From: an uncultured Acidimicrobiia bacterium
GTDB lineage: Bacteria; Actinomycetota; Acidimicrobiia; IMCC26256; JAENVU01
Reading direction: 5' to 3'
Assembly (NCBI GenBank): GCA_963805415.1
Contig: CAWDUD010000004.1
Span: 9,803 to 73,802 of the forward strand
DNA length: 64,000 nucleotides
Each line of letters begins with the position of its first letter. The stretch's first letter is position 1. Below, one piece after another: positions 57,309 to 64,000 of the stretch. The notes under the pieces are model-generated. The model searched no databases. It was given only the letters and a program-made list of their open reading frames with translations, and was not told the DNA's origin. Position numbers and translations under genes: made by a program.

Positions 57309-57335
57309 GTAGCACTCGAGTCTACCGACTGCTAA
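57309..57335. promoter_or_regulatory. CIRCE operator (HrcA binding site)
   Basis: gTAGCACTC-GAGTCTACC-GAcTGCTAA versus the consensus TTAGCACTC-N9-GAGTGCTAA (8/9 in each arm, 9-nt spacer), directly upstream of hrcA-dnaJ. Confidence 0.85.
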
Positions 57336-57377
57336 TCGCCGACCCGAGACCGGGCACCCGGTGCCGCACGAGCCGCC

Positions 57378-58488
57378 TCAGGCGTCGCCCTGCAGGCGGA
57401 CCGTGACCTCGTTGGCGACGAGCCGGCCCCGCCGGGTCAGCCGGACGCGCGAGCCCGTGACCTCCACCAGCCCCGCGTCGCGCACGACCGCGAGCTGGTC
57501 GGCGTCGACGGCGTCGGCCTCCACCCCGGACCGCGTCCGCAGCCCGAGCGCCAGCGCCTCGGCGGCCCGCCCGGCGGGCTCCAGCGTCTCGCCGCCGGCC
57601 TCGGGGGACCGCCCGGCGCGGACCGCATCGATGTACCGCTCCGGGGTGCGCAGGTTCCACCACCGGCGCGGTCCCGTCTTGCCGTGGGCGGCACAGCCGA
57701 TCGCGAGATAGTCGTCACCGTCCCAGTAGAGGAGGTTGTGGCGGCACTCGTCCCCCGGCCGGGCCCAGTTCGAGATCTCGTACCACTCGAGGCCCGCGGC
57801 GGTGAGCACGTCGTCCGCCACCTCGTACTTCTCGGCCTGGTCGTCGTCGTCGGGCGCGGCCCGCCGACCGGCGGCGACGTCCCGGCCCAGCGGCGTGCCG
57901 GACTCGACGGTGAGCGCGTACGCGCTCACGTGGTCGGGTCCGAGCTCGAGGGCACCGTCGAGGCTCGCGCGCCAGTCCGCGATCATCTCGCCCGGCGTGC
58001 CGTAGATGAGGTCGAGGTTGAGCCGTGCGATCCCCGCATCGCGCGCCGACGCGACCGCGCGAGTGACGTTGGCGGGATCGTGCGTGCGCCCGAGCGACGC
58101 GAGGACCGAAGGCCGGAACGACTGCACACCGAGCGACACGCGGTTGACCCCGGCGGTGACCAGAACGTCGAGCAGCCCGGGGTCGACCGAATCGGGATTG
58201 CACTCGACGGTCACCTCGGCGTCGGCCGTCCGGGGGATCGCAGCCAGGATCCGCGCCAGGTCCGCGGCGGGGACGCTGTGACGGCGTGCCGCCGCCGAAG
58301 AAGACCGACGTCGCGGGCGGGACGCCTCCCCCGGCGACCCGCGACTCGAGGTCCGCAACGCACGCATCGACGTAGTCGCGCACGAGGTGGTCGCGGTCCG
58401 TCCAGGTCGCGAAGTCGCAGTAGTCGCACCGGTGAGCGCAGAAAGGGATGTGCACGTAGACGCCGAAGGCCACGGTCGATGGTCTCAC
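57378..58488 (-). CDS. hemW: Radical SAM heme chaperone HemW / HemN-like (frame break near 58275)
   Basis: N-terminus 'YVHIPFCAHRCDYCDFAT...VFFGGGTPS' (ORF 57715-58488 frame). It continues as 'VPAADLARILAAI...EVTVECNPDSV...GVNRVSLGVQSF...NLDLIYGTPGE' (ORF 57378-58367 frame). Confidence 0.88.
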
Positions 58489-58523
58489 TTGCGGGCGTCC
58501 ACCGCATGGCGTAGGCCGACGTC

Positions 58524-59657
58524 ATGGACTTCGAGCTGCCGCCGGAGGCGGACACCTACCGGGAGGCCGTCCGGGCCTTCCTGGCCGAGCACGCCCCCGG
58601 CGGGGTCTTCCCGCCGGACTTCGCCCGCCGGCTCGCCGTCGCGGGCTACGTCGCGCCGCACTGGCCGGCGCCGTGGGGCCGGGGTGCGGGCGCGATCGAG
58701 CAGCTGGTCATCGACGAGGAGCTGCGCGGCTCGGGCGCGCCGAGACCGATGAACCCCATCGGGATCGGATGGGCCGGTCCGACGCTGCTCGTCGCAGGAA
58801 CCGACGAGCAGCACCAGCGTTACCTGCCGGGCCTGCTCGACGGCTCCGAGATCTGGTGCCAGCTGTTCTCCGAGCCCGGCGCGGGCAGCGATCTCGCCGG
58901 CCTCACCACCCGCGCCGAGCGCGACGGCGACGAGTTCGTGGTGAACGGTCAGAAGGTCTGGACGACGCTCGCGCACGTCGCCCGGTTCGGGATCCTGCTC
59001 GCTCGCACGGACCCGGACGCCGAGCCGCACCGGGGCATCACGTACTTCGTCCTGGACATGCGCACGCCCGGCATCGAGGTCCGCCCGCTCGTCCAGATGA
59101 CCGGGACGCACGAGTTCAACGAGGTGTTCCTCACCGACGTCCGGATCCCGGTCGCCAACGTCGTCGGCGACATCAACGACGGTTGGCGGCTGGCGAAGGT
59201 CACCCTCGGCAACGAGCGCGTGTCGCTCTCCGGCGAAGGTGCGCTCTGGGGTCGGGGGCCGACCGCGATGGATGTGGTCGACCTCGTGCGAGCCGCGGGT
59301 GGTGTCGCGGACCCGGTCGTCCGTCAGCGCGTCGCACGGCTCTACATCGAGAGTGAGATCCTGCGTCTCATCCGGCTGCGCACGGTGTCCGCAACGGTCC
59401 GCGGCATGGAGCCGGGACCCGAGGCGAGCGTCCGCAAGGCCCTCGCCGACGAGCACGGCCAGCACGTGATGGAGCTCGCGATCGAGCTGGCCGGGACCGA
59501 CGGGCTGCTGGCCGAGACCGGACCGTTCGGCGACGCGGCCGGCGGAATGTGGAGCTACGGCTACCTCTACTCCCGTGCGCTCACCATCGGCGGCGGGACG
59601 AGCGAGGTGCAGCGCAACATCCTGGGCGAGCGCGTCCTCGGCCTCCCCCGCGACTGA
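58524..59657 (+). CDS. Acyl-CoA dehydrogenase
   Basis: 377 aa. 'WCQLFSEPGAGSDLAGLTTRAERDGDEFVVNGQKVWTT' and 'GGGTSEVQRNILGERVLGLP'. Confidence 0.88.
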   Translation: MDFELPPEADTYREAVRAFLAEHAPGGVFPPDFARRLAVAGYVAPHWPAPWGRGAGAIEQLVIDEELRGSGAPRPMNPIGIGWAGPTLLVAGTDEQHQRYLPGLLDGSEIWCQLFSEPGAGSDLAGLTTRAERDGDEFVVNGQKVWTTLAHVARFGILLARTDPDAEPHRGITYFVLDMRTPGIEVRPLVQMTGTHEFNEVFLTDVRIPVANVVGDINDGWRLAKVTLGNERVSLSGEGALWGRGPTAMDVVDLVRAAGGVADPVVRQRVARLYIESEILRLIRLRTVSATVRGMEPGPEASVRKALADEHGQHVMELAIELAGTDGLLAETGPFGDAAGGMWSYGYLYSRALTIGGGTSEVQRNILGERVLGLPRD

Positions 59658-59715
59658 CGCCCCCCCCGACCCGACCCAATCGACGCGCCGATCAACGGGT
59701 GCAGCCCCTGCTTCC

Positions 59716-59757
59716 GCGCGCCCAAAACGGGGGCTGCAGGCCCCGTTTTGGGCGCGC
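59716..59757. terminator. Perfect 17-bp-stem hairpin between convergent genes (probable bidirectional terminator)
   Basis: GCGCGCCCAAAACGGGG (59716-59732) pairs with CCCCGTTTTGGGCGCGC (59741-59757) around an 8-nt loop. A second imperfect copy lies at about 59753-59790. There is no clear U-tract. Confidence 0.6.
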
Positions 59758-59804
59758 AAAACGGGGGGTGTGGGGTCCGTTGTGCGCGTCGGTTGCGCGG
59801 AGGA

Positions 59805-61598
59805 TCACTCGCTGAGCTTGAGGGCGGCGACGAAGGCCTCCTGGGGGACCTCGACGCTGCCGATCTGCTTCATGCGCTTCTTCCCGGCCTTCTGCTTCTC
59901 GAGGAGCTTGCGCTTGCGCGTGATGTCGCCGCCGTAGCACTTGGCGATCACGTCCTTGCGCTTGGCCTTGACCGTCTCGCGGGCGATGACCCGGCCGCCG
60001 ATCGCGGCCTGGATCGGCACGTCGAAGAGCTGGCGTGGGATGAGCTCGCGCAGCTTCTCGGTCATGCGCTTCCCGTAGTCGTAGGCCTTGTCCCGGTGCG
60101 CGATCGACGAGAACGCGTCGACGGGAGTGCCGTTGAGCATGATGTCGACCTTGACGAGCTTCGACTCGCGGTAGCCCGCCGGCTCGTAGTCGAGCGACGC
60201 GTATCCCTTCGACCGCGACTTCATCTGGTCGAAGAAGTCCATGACGATCTCGGCCAGCGGGACCTGGTACACGAGCTCCACGCGCTCCTCGGAGAGGTAC
60301 TCGAGCTTCTGCATCTCGCCGCGACGCTGCTGCGAGAGCTCCATCAACGTGCCGACGAACTCGGTCGGCGTGAGGATGGTGATGGTGACATAGGGCTCCT
60401 CGATACCGGCGATGTCGTTCGGTGGCGGCAGCGAGGACGGGTTGTCGACGACCTCGACGGTCCCGTTCGTGGTCACGGCGCGGTACTCGACGTTCGGCGC
60501 GGTGGCGACGAGGTCGAGGTCGTACTCGCGCTCGAGCCGCTCCCGCACGATCTCCATGTGCAGCAGACCGAGGAAGCCGCACCGGAACCCGAAGCCGAGC
60601 GCGCCCGACGTCTCCGGCTCGTAGGTGAACGACGAGTCGTTCAGCCGCAGCTTCTCCAGCGCCTCGCGCAGGTTCGCGTACTCGTCGCCCTCCACGGGGT
60701 ACAACCCGCAGAAGACCATCGGCTTCGGCTCGAGGTAGCCGGCCAGCGGCTCGGACGGGCGCGCCGCGGTCGTCACCGTCTCGCCGACGCGGGCCTGGCC
60801 GACGTCCTTGAGGCCGGTGATCAGGTACCCGACCTCCCCGGGCCCGAGTGACGCCACGGGTGTGGGAACCGGGAGCCGCGTGCCGACCTCCTCGGCGTCG
60901 TGGGTCGTCCCCGCCTGGATGAACCGGAGCTTGGCGCCGGTGTCGAGCGAGCCGTTGAAGACGCGCACCGAGCTGATCACGCCGCGGTACGTGTCGTAGT
61001 GCGAATCGAAGATCAGCGCCTGCAAGGGCTCGTCGACGTCGCCGACCGGTGGCGGGATCCGCTCGACGATCGCGTCGAGCAGCTCGGAGACACCCTCCCC
61101 CGTCTTGGCCGAGATCCGCAGGATCTCCTCCGCCGGGACGCCGAGCACCCGCTCGATCTCCTCCGACACGCGGTCCGGATCCGCCGCGGGGAGGTCGATC
61201 TTGTTGACGGCGGCGACGATCGCGAGGTCGTGCTCGAGGGCGAGATAGCAGTTCGCGAGGGTCTGTGCCTCGATTCCCTGGCTGGCGTCGACCACGAGGA
61301 CGACGCCCTCGCACGCGGCGAGGCTGCGCGAGACCTCGTACCCGAAATCCACGTGGCCCGGCGTGTCGATCAGGTTCACGACGTGGTCCCGCCAGCGGAT
61401 CCGCACGTTCTGGGCCTTGATCGTGATGCCCCGCTCGCGCTCGATGTCCATGGAGTCGAGGTACTGGGCCCGCATGTCCCGGGCCTGGACCGCCCCGGTG
61501 ATCTCGAGGAACCGGTCGGCGAGGGTCGACTTCCCGTGGTCGATGTGGGCGACGATCGACAGATTCCGGTACCGGGAGAGGTCGGACACGGCGTCCAT
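59805..61598 (-). CDS. lepA: Elongation factor 4 (LepA)
   Basis: ATG 61598 inside the 1281-aa run-through ORF. '[22 protein letters not shown]', '[16 protein letters not shown]', '[10 protein letters not shown]', and a C-terminal LepA domain ending '[26 protein letters not shown]'. Confidence 0.95.
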   Translation of the reverse strand: MDAVSDLSRYRNLSIVAHIDHGKSTLADRFLEITGAVQARDMRAQYLDSMDIERERGITIKAQNVRIRWRDHVVNLIDTPGHVDFGYEVSRSLAACEGVVLVVDASQGIEAQTLANCYLALEHDLAIVAAVNKIDLPAADPDRVSEEIERVLGVPAEEILRISAKTGEGVSELLDAIVERIPPPVGDVDEPLQALIFDSHYDTYRGVISSVRVFNGSLDTGAKLRFIQAGTTHDAEEVGTRLPVPTPVASLGPGEVGYLITGLKDVGQARVGETVTTAARPSEPLAGYLEPKPMVFCGLYPVEGDEYANLREALEKLRLNDSSFTYEPETSGALGFGFRCGFLGLLHMEIVRERLEREYDLDLVATAPNVEYRAVTTNGTVEVVDNPSSLPPPNDIAGIEEPYVTITILTPTEFVGTLMELSQQRRGEMQKLEYLSEERVELVYQVPLAEIVMDFFDQMKSRSKGYASLDYEPAGYRESKLVKVDIMLNGTPVDAFSSIAHRDKAYDYGKRMTEKLRELIPRQLFDVPIQAAIGGRVIARETVKAKRKDVIAKCYGGDITRKRKLLEKQKAGKKRMKQIGSVEVPQEAFVAALKLSE

Positions 61599-61697
61599 TC
61601 TCGCCCCTCGGCGGCGGGGACCTCCGAACCAACCGGCGTCCGGCCCCCTGCTAACGTTCCCGGGTTCCACGAACATCTTCGGGAGATCCTGCGCGCC

Positions 61698-61964
61698 GTG
61701 GCCAACATCGTCAGTCAGAAGAAGCGGAACCGCCAGAACGAGGTCCGTCGGGTCCGGAACCTCGCCGTGCGGTCCGAGCTCAAGACGCGGCTCAAGGCCG
61801 CACGCGCCGCGGCCGCGGCAGGTGACGAGCACACGGCCGAGGCGCTCCGCCAGGCACAGCGCCGCCTCGCCAAGGCGACGTCCAAGGGCATCGTGCACAA
61901 GAACCAGGCGGCGCGCCGCACGTCGCGGATGATGAAGGCCGCGAACCGCGCCGAGCAGGGCTGA
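61698..61964 (+). CDS. rpsT: 30S ribosomal protein S20
   Basis: GTG 61698. '(V)[32 protein letters not shown]...[17 protein letters not shown]'. 88 aa. Confidence 0.9.
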   Translation: MANIVSQKKRNRQNEVRRVRNLAVRSELKTRLKAARAAAAAGDEHTAEALRQAQRRLAKATSKGIVHKNQAARRTSRMMKAANRAEQG

Positions 61965-61971
61965 GCAACCG

Positions 61972-63053
61972 CTAGCGCCGCGCCCCGGCCCTCGCGCCCG
62001 GGCGCGCCGCCCGCCCGAGCCCCCACCGTGGAGGCTCGCGAGCCGGGCGACCGTGATCTCCAGCAACGTCTCGGCCGGGAGCCCCGTCGCGCCCTTGATC
62101 CCGACGTCGGCCCGGTGGAGCTGCGCGAAGGCGCGGGCGAACCCGTCCGAGCCCAGCGCCCGCGCCGCCTCCAGGCCCTTCTTCGCCGGGAACGTCGACC
62201 CCTTCCCTCCCCAGACGCGGTGGGCGTCGTCGACGGTCTGCACCGCGTCCGCGTCGAGGCGCGCCAGCTTGCGGTAGCGACCGGCGAGGATGCCGAGCAC
62301 CTGGAGCGGGTGCATCGGCTTCGGCTGGGTCGGGCTCGAGACCGTGAGGAGACGGTGGAGGATCTCCAGCGCACCGGGGACGTCTCCCTCCTCGATGCGG
62401 TTGTTCAGGTGGAACGGCCTGACCGCGCCCGCGTCGTTGAGATACGGCGTGACGTCCGCGACCTCCAACCGCGTCCCGCGGTCGAACGTCGACGACCAGA
62501 GGTCCGTCAGCGCGCCCAGCCGACCGGCGTCCTCGCCGAGGTGCTCCACGACCACTCGCGCCGCATCCGACTTCATCGTGAGCCCGGCCCGATCGAGCTC
62601 GCCCTGGAGGAGGTCGAGCGGCTTCTCCGCGGTGCCACCCCGGACGTTGGCGGACTTCAGCGCGTCGGCCAGCGCCTTGACGATGCGACCGCCCGCGCCG
62701 GTGACGAAGACGAGCTCGGTCGTGTCGAGCAGGTCGTCGAGCACCTCGACGATCGGCCCGACCGCATCCGCGGGCAGCGCCTCGTAGTCGCGCACCACGA
62801 CGATCCGCTTCGTGGTCATGAACGGCGGGCTCTGCGCCGCGTTCACCACCCCGGTGACGATCGGCGCCGCGCCGGCGACGTCCTCGGTGGGTGGATCGTC
62901 GTCGGGCGCCGCGGCCTGGGCCTTGGCCGGGACCCGGTACTCCTCGACCAGGAACGTGCGATCCTCGGCGCCGACGAGCTCGTCGAGGAGCCGGGCCAGC
63001 TCGCGGTCACGCAGGATCGGATCGCTCCCCTTGACCACGTAGACGCCGCCCAC
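61972..63053 (-). CDS. holA: DNA polymerase III delta subunit (stop codon not reached in the called frame)
   Basis: GTG 63053 '(V)[22 protein letters not shown]', '[14 protein letters not shown]', '[27 protein letters not shown]', '[16 protein letters not shown]'. The frame stays open through antisense rpsT into lepA. A TAG at 61972-61974 is one frame off, so an indel in the last roughly 20 codons is suspected. The 3' end is approximate. Confidence 0.75.
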
Positions 63054-63064
63054 GCCGGTCGAGC

Positions 63065-64000
63065 CTACCGGCGGACCTCCGCCACCATCGCCGGCCCGCC
63101 CCGGCCGCGACGAGCACTGCCAGGACGACCGTCGGACCGGGGCCGATCGCGAGTGGGACCCGCCGCGGCCTGATGGGCGACGACGGTGACCGCCTGCAGC
63201 ATCGCGAGCGTCGGGAGCTCCAGCCACGCCGAAGCCGCGCGCCCGAGCGTCCCGCCGACCGCGCTCGCGACGAGACCCCAGATCGTGAGGGGTCCGACGA
63301 ACGGCGCCGCGAGCAGGTTCGCCGGCAGCGCGACGAGCGGCAGCGAGCCGAACGTGGCGACCAGGACCGGCGCGACGCCGATCTGCGCCGCCGCGGTGAC
63401 GGCGAGCGCCTCCCGCACCACCATCGGTCCCCGAAGCCTCCGCATGATCGGACCGGCCCCCACGACGATGCCGGCGCATGCCCCGCACGAGAGCAGGAAC
63501 CCGATCGAGTGGAGCAGGAACGGGTCGACGGCGAGGAGCACGGCTCGCGGCGAGCACCAGCACGCGGCGCCGCCGCGGGGCGCCCGAGCGCAGCGGGCGA
63601 GCAGCACGAGGCCGGCCATCACGACGGCCCGGGCCACCGACGGCTCCCACCGGGTCATGGCCCCGAAGAGGACGAGCACCCCGACACCCACGACGAGCCG
63701 CCCGGCTCGCGGCAGGCGCCCGAGGAGCGGCGCGGCGATGGCCAGCGCGAAGGCGACGTTCGCCCCCGACACGGCGAGCAGGTGGCTGAGCCCGGCGTCC
63801 CGGAAGTCCGCGACGACCTCGGCCGGGATCGCGGCGGTGTCGCCGAGCACGAAGCCCGCGAGCAGGGCCCGCGGCGTGGCCGGGAGCACGGTGGCGCCGC
63901 GGAGGACCACCCGCCGCCGCGCCGTTGGCCAGCCGCAGCCACGGGTCGGCCGGCGGCGACGAGCGCGAGCACGTCGTCCACCCGCAGCGTCCCGACGGCA
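63065..64000 (-). CDS. comEC: ComEC/Rec2-family membrane protein, C-terminal part (gene continues beyond the window)
   Basis: '[41 protein letters not shown]' and '[16 protein letters not shown]', multi-TM. The upstream part (after about 63900) appears in another frame. Confidence 0.7.
   Translation of the reverse strand, partial: CRRDAAGGRRARARRRRPTRGCGWPTARRRVVLRGATVLPATPRALLAGFVLGDTAAIPAEVVADFRDAGLSHLLAVSGANVAFALAIAAPLLGRLPRAGRLVVGVGVLVLFGAMTRWEPSVARAVVMAGLVLLARCARAPRGGAACWCSPRAVLLAVDPFLLHSIGFLLSCGACAGIVVGAGPIMRRLRGPMVVREALAVTAAAQIGVAPVLVATFGSLPLVALPANLLAAPFVGPLTIWGLVASAVGGTLGRAASAWLELPTLAMLQAVTVVAHQAAAGPTRDRPRSDGRPGSARRGRGGPAMVAEVRR

Noticed and set aside
59805-63650. 1281-aa minus-strand ORF as a single gene
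   Set aside because: It is a composite of lepA (from ATG 61598), antisense rpsT, holA and upstream read-through. The frame stays open only because stop codons are rare and the holA stop is missed.

Overview
This is about 64 kb of a very GC-rich actinobacterial chromosome. The core synteny is housekeeping: two GGDEF cyclases, a sulfatase-like protein, fadE, tRNA-Asn, dnaG-rpoD, dgt, ppdK, glyQS, recO, uppS, a caa3-type ctaC-D-E-F-G oxidase operon with two cupredoxins, era, ybeY, phoH, rsmE, dnaJ, hrcA (with CIRCE), hemW, lepA, rpsT, holA and comEC. The main observation is that ctaD (oxidase subunit I) is split by a 21.7 kb foreign-looking segment (26232-47939) bounded by a perfect 19-bp direct repeat. 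That segment carries an NB-ARC/WD40 STAND NTPase and a Pel / galactosaminogalactan-like exopolysaccharide locus. The locus comprises a PelF-like glycosyltransferase, a polytopic membrane protein, an MmpS-like protein, an IS4 remnant, a roughly 5.8 kb Agd3/CE18-like deacetylase gene with about 12 Ig-like repeats, two SDR enzymes plus a nucleotidyltransferase, two spherulin-4/GH135-like proteins and a GH114-like lipoprotein. Many reading frames are broken by single-base indels, often in homopolymer runs. By my count the breaks are roughly ten times denser inside the island than in the core, and they also hit essential core genes. 'Pseudogene' calls and the apparent DnaG-RpoD fusion may therefore be consensus errors. 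All family assignments come from motif recognition by eye, because no searches could be run.
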